This document shows positions 1-8,729 of a stretch of DNA of 64,000 nt, piece after piece. The position numbers and the translations under genes are program-made. Position 1 is the first letter of the stretch, and every line of letters starts with the position of its first letter. Under the pieces are notes generated by a model. That model did no database searches. It was not told where the DNA came from and worked only from the letters and a program-made list of their open reading frames with translations. Source of the stretch: Candidatus Falkowbacteria bacterium (lineage in GTDB: Bacteria; Patescibacteriota; Patescibacteriia; Patescibacteriales; UBA12465); the NCBI GenBank assembly GCA_037134915.1, contig JBAXLJ010000003.1, forward strand, positions 81,084-145,083. The letters run 5' to 3'.

Positions 1-664
1 CAACATTCTTAATAGTTTCCATTAGAAGAGAAATAGTTTTAGTGGAGTCGTCATTAGCTGGAATCGGATAAGTAACTAATTCCGGGTTAACGTTAGTATC
101 ACAGATAGCGATAATGGGAATATTCTTCATACGCGCTTCAGTGACCGCAGTTTCTTCCTCTTTAATATCCCAGACAAACAAAGCGTCAGGTAATTTAGTT
201 AAACCAGTTAAACCGCCAACTCGTTCTTCTAATTTTTTAATTTCGCGAGCGAATTCTAACTGTTCTTTTTTAGTATACTTTTCTAATTTACCACTAGCCT
301 TATTTTCAGTTAACTCCTTGTAATTTTGAACAGATTTTTTAACAACGGCAAAGTTGGTTAAATATCCACCTAACCATTTACCGACGATGTAAGGCATTCC
401 GGTTTCATCAGCCATTTTTTTAAGACCAGCCTTAACCTGATTTTTGGTGCCAACAAATAAAACACTCTTACCCTCGGAAATCAGTTGGCTCATAAATTCC
501 ATTGCTTCAGCTAATTTCTCGCGGCTTTTATTTAAATCGATGATATAAACGCCTTTCTTGTCAGTAAAGATATAAGGCTTCATCTTAGGGTGCCAACGAT
601 TAGTTCGATGGCCAAAGTGCATCCCGGATTTTAACATGTCTTCTACGCTTGGTAAGTTTACCAT
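1..664 (-). CDS. rpsB: 30S ribosomal protein S2 (3' end runs off the window)
   Basis: Manual translation from ATG at 664 gives MVNLPSVEDMLKSGMHFGHRTNRWHPKMKPYIF..., later RELEERVGGLTGL-like and DTNVNP...IPANDD signatures. Missing from the ORF track because it is partial. Confidence 0.97.
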   Translation of the reverse strand, partial: MVNLPSVEDMLKSGMHFGHRTNRWHPKMKPYIFTDKKGVYIIDLNKSREKLAEAMEFMSQLISEGKSVLFVGTKNQVKAGLKKMADETGMPYIVGKWLGGYLTNFAVVKKSVQNYKELTENKASGKLEKYTKKEQLEFAREIKKLEERVGGLTGLTKLPDALFVWDIKEEETAVTEARMKNIPIIAICDTNVNPELVTYPIPANDDSTKTISLLMETIKNV

Positions 665-671
665 AATGTTT

Positions 672-765
672 TTTCTTTTATCCTCCTCTTAAATAAGAGA
701 AAGCGTCCACTCCGCGAGTCTATATTTAAAACATAGACAAGAAAAATGTTCAGAGTGTGATAATT
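672..765 (-). ncRNA. Putative rpsB leader (t44-like S2 autoregulatory element)
   Basis: The 5' UTR reads TCACAC...GTCTAT-loop-ATAGAC hairpin...GAGGAGGATAAAA, resembling the conserved CACAC and GGAGG ends of t44/rpsB leaders. Confidence 0.45.
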
Positions 766-819
766 AACTTAATATTAAATAAAAATAGGTGGGGCTAAGA
801 TTTAGCTCACCTATGGCTT

Positions 820-848
820 ATAATAGCGGAAAATTTAAGGACTGTCAA
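820..848 (-). promoter_or_regulatory. Sigma70 promoter for rpsB
   Basis: TTGACA-17 bp-TATTAT on the minus strand. Confidence 0.7.
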
Positions 849-863
849 TATTTTGTCTAAAAT

Positions 864-897
864 AAAACCCCTAATCAAATTGATTGATTAAGGGTTT
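864..897 (-). terminator. Intrinsic terminator after the vWA gene
   Basis: Inverted repeat AAACCC.TAATCAA / TTGATTA.GGGTTT, with a T-run on the minus strand. Confidence 0.6.
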
Positions 898-931
898 AAA
901 ATTATTTCGAAACTTTTTGTTTCTTGTTAAG

Positions 932-1720
932 TTAAGCTCCGAAGCCTCCCATGGCTGTTTGGCTAAAACTGGCACCTCCCTGGCTGGCACGAACCGCAGA
1001 CTGTGAAAAAACCTGGAAGGCTCTTCTAACTTCGCTTTCACTGCCGCCAGGAGTCAGGATCCATTCAGCGGGAATTCCCATTTCCTCAAAAATCTGACGG
1101 AACTTAGTTGTGCCATCATCAATACCCATCCCGGCAATGATGTGATTTTCCGTCTTCAGCATGTCGAGCACCACCTGCTTAATTTTGGCCGGTGTTTGTT
1201 TGCGAGAATGTTCATCCGCGCCGTCAGTGACAATCAAGGTCACGCTGCGGCAAGCCACTCCGGAATTTTCAAACTCCTGGGTTTTGGCTAAAACGGTGGC
1301 CAATATAACCGCTGTCTCATCATACAAAGGAGTACCCCCCATCGGATTGTAATTGTTACTGTCCATCACGATGGCCTGATCCAATTGAGTATAACTGTAA
1401 AGAATTTCTCCATTAAGATACCGGGTCATCACCAGGATTCCATCCTGTTGTTTGGATTTTTTAAGCGAACTCAGGACCAGATTATGTCCATCGCGGACTG
1501 CCTGGCTGTTACCGGCAAAACGGATTGAACCGGAATCGTCCATCAACATTGCTACAATCACCACTTCACTGGCCGTTACATTATCAACGTTAACGCCCAG
1601 ACCGGCTTGAATCTGAGCCCCCATATCATTGATATTAATGGCCTGTGCAGCCATCGGTGACAAATTGCCTTCAGTAACAATGTTACCTATCAATTCATTC
1701 GTACTACTACTGTTTCCCAT
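932..1720 (-). CDS. vWA domain protein (TerY-like)
   Basis: MIDAS motif DDSGS, plus GGTPLYD and LIVTDG motifs. Confidence 0.85.
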   Translation of the reverse strand: MGNSSSTNELIGNIVTEGNLSPMAAQAININDMGAQIQAGLGVNVDNVTASEVVIVAMLMDDSGSIRFAGNSQAVRDGHNLVLSSLKKSKQQDGILVMTRYLNGEILYSYTQLDQAIVMDSNNYNPMGGTPLYDETAVILATVLAKTQEFENSGVACRSVTLIVTDGADEHSRKQTPAKIKQVVLDMLKTENHIIAGMGIDDGTTKFRQIFEEMGIPAEWILTPGGSESEVRRAFQVFSQSAVRASQGGASFSQTAMGGFGA

Positions 1721-1753
1721 CTTTTATTGTTTTTATGGTTAATGAAAAAAAAT

Positions 1754-2797
1754 TTACAACACCATGTCAGGCCAATTTTCCATCGGCCCGACAGATTTTA
1801 CCACATGCATTCCGGCATCGCGATACTTCTGCAAAGCCTCTTCAGCTTGCGGCGTAAAATCGAGACCAGCGGCCGGGATAACTACCGATGACATACAGTC
1901 TTCCAAAATATAAACCTTGCGGGCTAAACTCGGGTCCTTGGCCAAAATTTCTTCCAAGAAGTCATCAATTGATGATTTCACGCAGTGGCTGGCAGCTTGT
2001 CCGGCAATAATGACGTAATCATTTTGGAGGAGTTGCTTGGTAAACATGGCATTTTTCTGAGCAACCACGTTTGAATCATGAGCCAGCAAAACTTCCGGGC
2101 GAAAAATGGAATAATTTTCGGTCAGTGGATTTCCTCCCTTTATCTGTACTTCACTCTGGATAAAACGGGCATATGAATGAAACATGCGCGCTTCATTTAG
2201 TATTCCAACTAGAGCGTGACCTTCATCACCAATCAGGCAGTGTTCCGGCCACAACAACAGAACATATTTTCCCGTCCTTTCCAGCTCCGCTACGTAATGC
2301 TCCACATACTTAAGGAGCCAAGTGTAATTACCGTTGGCAATCCAGCTAAGAGCTGGGTTGGGACGATAATCACCGCGGCGAATCTGTTCAGCGGTAATGA
2401 CAGTAATTGATGGTAACGGTGACAAGCCTGTCTTAGCGTCAATCCAGAACGATGGAAAGAAAATTTGAAACGCAAAGTGCGTATCCATCGTAAAGACTGT
2501 ACTGGTAATAATATCCAGGTTCCGGTAAATAAATTCGGCGGTCCTAATTGAATCATCAATTGCGCCAGTACCACTGCGGCCACCGACATACAAGGTACCC
2601 TCAGGAAAACAAAAATCCTTTTGAGTGTCAATTACCATTAAGGCAATTTTTGTTTTGGCTGAAGCTGATGCATGAACGGCATGTTCCTGGCGCCAGTCTT
2701 GAGCGGCGAGAAAAACGTTTCGCAGATTGGGACGATATTCCCATTTTGCATTGTTGGGGTTAAATAACCCCGGAATCGGAAGAACTTGATTTTTCAT
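1754..2797 (-). CDS. Nicotinamidase/isochorismatase-family cysteine hydrolase (PncA-like)
   Basis: VIDTQKDF (catalytic Asp), DTH and WPEHC (metal ligands), IKGG (Lys), AGQAASHCV (Cys nucleophile). Confidence 0.85.
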   Translation of the reverse strand: MKNQVLPIPGLFNPNNAKWEYRPNLRNVFLAAQDWRQEHAVHASASAKTKIALMVIDTQKDFCFPEGTLYVGGRSGTGAIDDSIRTAEFIYRNLDIITSTVFTMDTHFAFQIFFPSFWIDAKTGLSPLPSITVITAEQIRRGDYRPNPALSWIANGNYTWLLKYVEHYVAELERTGKYVLLLWPEHCLIGDEGHALVGILNEARMFHSYARFIQSEVQIKGGNPLTENYSIFRPEVLLAHDSNVVAQKNAMFTKQLLQNDYVIIAGQAASHCVKSSIDDFLEEILAKDPSLARKVYILEDCMSSVVIPAAGLDFTPQAEEALQKYRDAGMHVVKSVGPMENWPDMVL

Positions 2798-2831
2798 CTT
2801 TTTTTTGTGTTCGTTTTACAATAACAACTAT

Positions 2832-4700
2832 TTACTTCAAGGATAAACTCCAAATTTCTTTTGACTTAACTATCATCAGGCCATCTTTTCCCGGAAACAA
2901 ATTTGAATTGGCATCGACAAATCGAGCCGTATCCGGAAATTCTTTGGTAACAATTAACTTATCGCTGTCTGGTTCAATTCGTACAATACCATCGTCAGTG
3001 GCGGCCAGTAAAAATTTACCGGCGGCACATTTACCGCGAATAGTACCTAACCAACTACCATCGCCTTCTGGAGTTTCAGTGCTGGCTAAATAATTACCAT
3101 TTTCATCCATCAGATAACAGCGATTAATTGTGTTACCACTAGCCCGGGTAGACACTAAGAACCAAATTCTATTAGCTCCAAAAACACAAGTTGAATCAAT
3201 TAACTGTCCACGTAACTGCGGCAATTTAACTGAATCATTTAAGTTGTGTCCTAAAGCGCTAAAGACAAAATATTGGCTCATCTGACCGGCTCGGTAAAAA
3301 CCAAAACCGAATTTAGGTCCAACCCAAAACAAAGTTTGATTAGACAGCACGTCCCCAATTCGTTCAAAATATGAACTATCGAGTTCGCTCATGCGCCCCA
3401 ACTGACCATTAGTAATATAAAATACTGATTGTCCGTTAGCGGCAATAAGCGGTAGCTGTCCATAACTTTCTACTGTTAGTGAAACAGGAATCTTGGCTGG
3501 CTCAAAGATTGCAGCCTGGTTTCCCTTCGCCATGATTGTTCTTATTCCACTTAAACGATAGCGCGTATAGGGGTCTGGATTACCGTCACTCACTATACCC
3601 TTGTCTTCTCGGTAGTAATGACCATCTTGATTATATAACCAGATTAAACGGCCATCTTGATTGTCGGCAAAAATAATTCGTCCGTTGGTTTCGAAAATTT
3701 TTCTAGCCGTAACGGTTGCTGTTATTACTTCCTTCACTGACTCAACCGCCACATTGCATTCCGGGCAAACTTTACGAGCATGCTCGGCCCCGCACTTATT
3801 ACATTTAGTCCAACGCAGGTCACTAAGAAGGTTAAGCGGAAAAATTCCTCTCTTATCTTTCTCAAAAACTTGGTGAAAATATTGCAATAAATCATCCGGG
3901 AGAATCTGAAAAGGACGAGCCGGTTTCGGGTAACGCACTTCTGAATTAAACACCGTCATCCTTTTTAGCGGACGAGCATCGTTGTTTATACGAGGCTTAT
4001 TACCGTTAGGCTTATGTATGCCGCCATAAGGTCCCACATATAGAAGGCTCTGCATGAGCATTATATTGTAAGAATACCAATCTCCAAAAAGATTATGGGG
4101 TTTAATAAGCTTAGGCGAATGCGAATTGGGGTCGCACAATAATGGATCAACAAATTTACCGGTAAATAACCGACAATAAAATTGCCCAAATTGCATACTA
4201 TCAGCATCAATCAAATAAGTTTCGCTTCCCTTTACTAATACATTTAAATCATTAAAGTCCCCGATAACCGCGTTTGCTTGATGCACTCCCAAAATCAGTT
4301 GATGAAGGTCTTTGAAGACCTCAATAATTACCTGATCACTTATCCCTCCTTCGCGAAACGATCTCTCACCATAACGAAGCAGTACTTCCGCAGGATAGAT
4401 AAAAGGCATCACATAACCAACAATTTTTTGATTGCGAGTGTCTGTTGCCAGTTCTCTTGGAGCAATAACTTTTGCCGGTAGATTCTTCGGGAAAGCCGGT
4501 AACTTCAATTGATGTTCCGTTAAGCGCAAATTAGCAGCTTGCTGCTCAAGCAGCAGACCTTCATAATCAGTATGACTGGGCTGCTTAAAAAGTTTAAGTA
4601 CCCGGTTATTACCGATATCATAAATATCCGCCTCACCTCCCTTGCCGATAACTTTAGACGGGTCCAAGGTGATGGCTGTAGCTCCGATATTAACTCTCAT
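2832..4700 (-). CDS. Ser/Thr protein kinase (YegI/TerY-P type) with Zn-ribbon and beta-rich C-terminal domain
   Basis: IGKGGEADIY Gly loop, VLKLF Lys, IGDFNDLNVL catalytic loop, LIDADS, and CNKC...CPEC. Confidence 0.88.
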   Translation of the reverse strand: MRVNIGATAITLDPSKVIGKGGEADIYDIGNNRVLKLFKQPSHTDYEGLLLEQQAANLRLTEHQLKLPAFPKNLPAKVIAPRELATDTRNQKIVGYVMPFIYPAEVLLRYGERSFREGGISDQVIIEVFKDLHQLILGVHQANAVIGDFNDLNVLVKGSETYLIDADSMQFGQFYCRLFTGKFVDPLLCDPNSHSPKLIKPHNLFGDWYSYNIMLMQSLLYVGPYGGIHKPNGNKPRINNDARPLKRMTVFNSEVRYPKPARPFQILPDDLLQYFHQVFEKDKRGIFPLNLLSDLRWTKCNKCGAEHARKVCPECNVAVESVKEVITATVTARKIFETNGRIIFADNQDGRLIWLYNQDGHYYREDKGIVSDGNPDPYTRYRLSGIRTIMAKGNQAAIFEPAKIPVSLTVESYGQLPLIAANGQSVFYITNGQLGRMSELDSSYFERIGDVLSNQTLFWVGPKFGFGFYRAGQMSQYFVFSALGHNLNDSVKLPQLRGQLIDSTCVFGANRIWFLVSTRASGNTINRCYLMDENGNYLASTETPEGDGSWLGTIRGKCAAGKFLLAATDDGIVRIEPDSDKLIVTKEFPDTARFVDANSNLFPGKDGLMIVKSKEIWSLSLK

Positions 4701-5554
4701 GATTTTCCCTCCTCAACTTTTCTGCGTATGACAATCAACGTCGTATCATCTTTAAGCGGACCGCCAATAACCGTTTGGTTTTGGACAGTTTCGCGATTAA
4801 TGATATTAAGTCTCCGACGTACCTGATCCGGATTATCAAAGAAAAAATCTTGTTCCCAGAACTGACTGAGTGGTCCAATTAATTCTTGTTTACCAGGAAC
4901 AGCTTGATTAGCTATTTTAGAAAACTTTTCAGCTCCATCAGTAGCAATCAAAATACTCTTTACTTCGCTAGTTGCAGTTGCTTCGTTTATCTGGATATCT
5001 AACCAATTTTCATTAGTTTCCTTAATATTTGACCCAGTTAAATTATAAGCAAAATATGGTGGAGCATTATTTATAAATGGCCCCAGCAAATGCAAGTCGC
5101 CGTTTAAACAATAAAGTCCATCACCAACTGAAAAAATGTAAGTTGTCTCCGGCGTTATAAGCACGCCTACAAAAGTAAACAAAAAATAATCATTGACTAC
5201 TTTTGTCAGGCTTGGGCCTAAAAGTCCGGTTATGAGCGTTAACTGATTAACAATCTCCTTCTTAACTCGCAACCAAAAATTTTCGCGAGTTATCTGCGCG
5301 CCCGGCTGATAATGAACCAACTGGATGTACTGATTAAGGATAATCTGGCTAATTAGTTCCGCTCCTAACTTGGCACCAACTTCACTGTGAGCACCGCTTC
5401 CGCAGCCATCACAGACTATTGCCACCTTAACTTCCGGGCTAACTTTCCAAAGGAAAGCGTCATGGTTGTTTTTGGCGCCTGGTTTGCCAGGCAAAGAATG
5501 ATCAGTGCCAGTGACTGAGCCACCGGCAATCTGAAAGCTGAGATTTTTATCCAC
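4697..5554 (-). CDS. PP2C-family phosphatase (YegK/PphC-like, PP2C_2)
   Basis: GSVTGTDH, NHDA, VCDGCGS, VGDG, ATDG and DDTT motifs. GTG start; 4-bp ATGA overlap with the kinase. Confidence 0.88.
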   Translation of the reverse strand: MDKNLSFQIAGGSVTGTDHSLPGKPGAKNNHDAFLWKVSPEVKVAIVCDGCGSGAHSEVGAKLGAELISQIILNQYIQLVHYQPGAQITRENFWLRVKKEIVNQLTLITGLLGPSLTKVVNDYFLFTFVGVLITPETTYIFSVGDGLYCLNGDLHLLGPFINNAPPYFAYNLTGSNIKETNENWLDIQINEATATSEVKSILIATDGAEKFSKIANQAVPGKQELIGPLSQFWEQDFFFDNPDQVRRRLNIINRETVQNQTVIGGPLKDDTTLIVIRRKVEEGKS

Positions 5555-5601
5555 TTTTAACTATTTTTATTTATTAAATTATTAAAAAACAATAACCCTC
5601 A

Positions 5602-5629
5602 ATACTACATTATTTATATATTTTGTCAA
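5602..5629 (-). promoter_or_regulatory. Sigma70 promoter for the PP2C-kinase-hydrolase-vWA operon
   Basis: TTGACA-16 bp-TAGTAT. Confidence 0.55.
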
Positions 5630-5645
5630 TAGTTTCTTTGTTTAC

Positions 5646-5675
5646 AAAACACCACTTAAAAACCAGTGGTGTTTT
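5646..5675. terminator. Intrinsic terminator-like hairpin
   Basis: Perfect stem AAAACACCACT / AGTGGTGTTTT. Confidence 0.7.
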
Positions 5676-5711
5676 ATGCTAAAAATTTGTATTTAAAGGG
5701 ATTTTTGGTCA

Positions 5712-7196
5712 CTATTGCTGATAAAAACTCTTAAGCCCCTCATTGTAAGCATTGACCCGGTCATTATAAATTGCTAGTTGATCTCGGTAAACTCCCAATT
5801 CATTATTATATTGAATCACCAAGGCGTTATAAGTAACGACTAAAGTGTTATAAGCCTTGATATCACCGCTCGCTTGATAAGCACTCAGCTGGGCTTGCTG
5901 GGCACTTAAAGAAGATTGTTTGGCGGCTAAAGTCGTATTGCTTTGAGCCATAACCAACTTTTGACTTTCAATCCAGGTTCTTTCGGCTTCTAAGCTAGCA
6001 GCTTTACTCCTAGTGTTTGAAACCCCTTGGTAAACTAAACCCTGAGTTTTTTGAAAAATTTCAATTTTACTTAACCGCGATGAATCAAAAAGATTAGCCA
6101 AGCTGTCGCCGCTACCAGATAAAGCTTGCCCGTTAGAAATTTGGGGAGGAATAACTCCCACTGGAAAATAATTAGTGGTTTCCACGTAGCAATAACCGGA
6201 ATTATTAATTGATTCGGCCAGCGGACAGCTAATACCCGCAGCTGAATGATTTAAATCTGGAAAATCTAAAATAGCCGCTCCATAACCTAACTCACGTAAA
6301 ATGGCAACGGCTAAAAAAGTTTTATCTGAACAGATCCCTTTATCTTTATATAAGGTTTCGTAAGGGTAATTAGGCTGCAAAGTGTCTTGGTTTAATTTGG
6401 CATTATCATAAGGAATATATTGCACTAAAGCCAAGAGAAACTCGGCTAATTGATCTTGGCTTAAATTCCGACTAGCGGCCACACTCTTACCGTAAGCGAC
6501 TAAATCTTTAACCGCGGTATCACCGCTTTTCTTGTTAAAAAAAATGGCATAAAATTTTTCTCGAGAATCAAGTGGTTCCACATCACCTGTGTAATAAAAA
6601 GTTTTAGGCGCTGCGGCATAAGCGGAATTTAAACTTTTTTTAAGAGGTAAATCAAATTTAAAATTTTCTAAATTATAAAGCCAAGACAAGGGGTTAACAT
6701 AATCACTTGGACCAGAAATAACTGCCGCTGAAGCGGTCACTGGAGAGTTAGTCGCGCTTAGTATTTTATTTAAATTACTATTGCTAATTCCTAAGCCTTG
6801 AGATCGAAATAGCCACCAAGCATCTTGAGGCTGCCCCAAGTAATACCAATGCCGATTTAAATCGACATAATAAGCCTCCCCATGACTCTGAGGCCGAAGA
6901 TATAAACGACCACGAGCCCAAACAGGGGCGCCTTTACTCCAACTGGCAAATTCTTTTTCCGAGATGCCAGTGCTTAAGCGACGCATTAGATTATAAGCAT
7001 CATTCGGTTTTCCTAGATAATATTTTTTATTGTCTTGTGGATTAACATACCAAGCTTCACCATGGCTTTCGACTTGAAGTAAAATTCTACCAGATAACTG
7101 TCCGGCTAAAGTGACCGCTTTAACCGGGTAAACCAGTAAAGCACTACTTAAAAAAATAGTTCCAAGTATTAAAGTAAATTTTAATCTTAAAGACAT
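5712..7196 (-). CDS. Secreted protein: duplicated CPR-type N-terminal repeat, transglutaminase-like cysteine protease domain and coiled coil
   Basis: Signal peptide; repeats GRILLQVESHGEAWYV / GRLYLRPQSHGEAYYV; YPYETL..GICSDK, LNHSA and YVETT; Q/N-rich heptad tail. Confidence 0.7.
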   Translation of the reverse strand: MSLRLKFTLILGTIFLSSALLVYPVKAVTLAGQLSGRILLQVESHGEAWYVNPQDNKKYYLGKPNDAYNLMRRLSTGISEKEFASWSKGAPVWARGRLYLRPQSHGEAYYVDLNRHWYYLGQPQDAWWLFRSQGLGISNSNLNKILSATNSPVTASAAVISGPSDYVNPLSWLYNLENFKFDLPLKKSLNSAYAAAPKTFYYTGDVEPLDSREKFYAIFFNKKSGDTAVKDLVAYGKSVAASRNLSQDQLAEFLLALVQYIPYDNAKLNQDTLQPNYPYETLYKDKGICSDKTFLAVAILRELGYGAAILDFPDLNHSAAGISCPLAESINNSGYCYVETTNYFPVGVIPPQISNGQALSGSGDSLANLFDSSRLSKIEIFQKTQGLVYQGVSNTRSKAASLEAERTWIESQKLVMAQSNTTLAAKQSSLSAQQAQLSAYQASGDIKAYNTLVVTYNALVIQYNNELGVYRDQLAIYNDRVNAYNEGLKSFYQQ

Positions 7197-7200
7197 AGAA

Positions 7201-7875
7201 TTAATCAGCTAAAGTGATAAACAGATCTTCTTCTGGTGGTTGTGGTAAGTGATCAACGTTATTTATAAAATTAAGTCGCACATAACCATCGCGATCAATG
7301 ACAATTTTAGACAGTGATGACTGAAAAATCTCCTGAGATAAAAAACCAATTACATCCGCATTAAGAATGCCGGTAAGCAGCGCTTTAATAAAATTACCAT
7401 GAGTAAATAAAGCGATGGTTTGCCCGCGGTTATTTTTGAAGATTTCATGAAGTAAGCGCCGGGCATCAGCCTGCATGCTATCTAATTGAGCATCGAGTTC
7501 CAAATAATTTTTTAATTTCTTCGGGCGCCGCGCTTCACTGGTATTAAAATAAGGGATACGATACCAATCCCACCAATCAATTTCATTAAGACGAGAATCG
7601 ATTTCGATTTTAAGCTTCAGAATATTGGCAATCGGCGCGGCAGTTTCCTGCGCGCGTTTTAGCTCACTACTATAAATTCGATTGATTTTCAACTTAGCCA
7701 AACGTTCCGTTAAAAAACCCAACTGTTCATTACCGAAAGATGACAGCGGCATATTAAAATCTCCCAGTTTCCTTTCTTTAGTATAATCCGGGTGACAATG
7801 ACGAATTAAATAAACCACGGTATAAGGCCGACGAGTCTTTGGTCGTAATTTAACGTAAGGGTTTTGATAAGGCAT
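7201..7875 (-). CDS. Histidine phosphatase (phosphoglycerate mutase) family protein
   Basis: LIRHC, SSELKRAQETA, LNEI and FTHG motifs. Confidence 0.85.
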   Translation of the reverse strand: MPYQNPYVKLRPKTRRPYTVVYLIRHCHPDYTKERKLGDFNMPLSSFGNEQLGFLTERLAKLKINRIYSSELKRAQETAAPIANILKLKIEIDSRLNEIDWWDWYRIPYFNTSEARRPKKLKNYLELDAQLDSMQADARRLLHEIFKNNRGQTIALFTHGNFIKALLTGILNADVIGFLSQEIFQSSLSKIVIDRDGYVRLNFINNVDHLPQPPEEDLFITLAD

Positions 7876-7879
7876 GACT

Positions 7880-8476
7880 TTAATCCTTAAGATTAGTCAA
7901 AGCAAAGTCCCAATTAGCTAAATTATCTAAAATGCCACTAACATAATCGGCGCGGCGATTCTGATAATCTAAATAGTAAGCGTGTTCCCAAACATCAATC
8001 ACAAACAAAGGGTGCTGACCATGAACCATTGGGGTGTCAGCATTAGCTGTTTTAACAATTTTAACGTTGGAATCTTCTTTAACTAACCAAGCCCAGCCAC
8101 TGCCAAATTGTGACAGAGCGGCACCCTTAAATTCTTCAATCATTTTTTCCCAAGAACCAAAAGAATGAATAACCGCATTTTTAAGTTCAATCGGAATTAA
8201 AGTTTCTTGGCTGGCCGGCTTTAAACACTTCCAGAAAAAACCGTGGTTATAAGCCTGAGCGGCGTTATTAAAAATAGCCTCCTTGCCTTCCCGACCGGCA
8301 GTTTTCAAAATTATGTGTTCCAAACTGTCATTTTCCATCGGGGTTCCGGCCACTAATTTATTCAAATTATCAATATAAGCCTGGTGATGCTTACCATAAT
8401 GAAATTCTAGGGTCCGGGCCGATAAATGAGGCTCTAACTCGCTAGGGGCAAAGGGTAAACTTGGTAAAGTAAACAT
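7880..8476 (-). CDS. sodB: Fe/Mn superoxide dismutase (Fe-type signature)
   Basis: HYGKHH, NNAAQAYNH, FGSGWAWL and DVWEHAYY. Confidence 0.95.
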   Translation of the reverse strand: MFTLPSLPFAPSELEPHLSARTLEFHYGKHHQAYIDNLNKLVAGTPMENDSLEHIILKTAGREGKEAIFNNAAQAYNHGFFWKCLKPASQETLIPIELKNAVIHSFGSWEKMIEEFKGAALSQFGSGWAWLVKEDSNVKIVKTANADTPMVHGQHPLFVIDVWEHAYYLDYQNRRADYVSGILDNLANWDFALTNLKD

Positions 8477-8527
8477 ATTATTTATGGTTAATTATTAATC
8501 TTTTAGTCTATCTATTATAGCAAAAGC

Positions 8528-8556
8528 TTGACTAAAAAGGAAACTGAGCTTATAAT
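8528..8556 (+). promoter_or_regulatory. Near-consensus sigma70 promoter
   Basis: TTGACT-17 bp-TATAAT. Confidence 0.75.
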
Positions 8557-8582
8557 TAAAGCTCTAATTTAAAAAGTAACGC

Positions 8583-8714
8583 ATGGAAGCAAAGGACGGT
8601 TTCTTTTGGGACACGGTTTTAGTAACAGTTCCTCAAGAAAAACAGGAAGAAAAAAAAGAAGAAAAAGTCGACACAAAGTCGCCGAAGATTTACGACAGCA
8701 GCCATTATTTATAA
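8583..8714 (+). CDS. Small hypothetical protein, 43 aa
   Basis: MEAKDGFFWDTVLVTVPQEKQEEKKEEKVDTKSPKIYDSSHYL, lying between a promoter and a terminator; below the ORF-track cutoff. Confidence 0.55.
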   Translation: MEAKDGFFWDTVLVTVPQEKQEEKKEEKVDTKSPKIYDSSHYL

Positions 8715-8729
8715 TTGGCTTCGTACCAT

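Noticed and set aside
114-323. Plus-strand 69-aa ORF
   Set aside because: Antisense shadow of rpsB.
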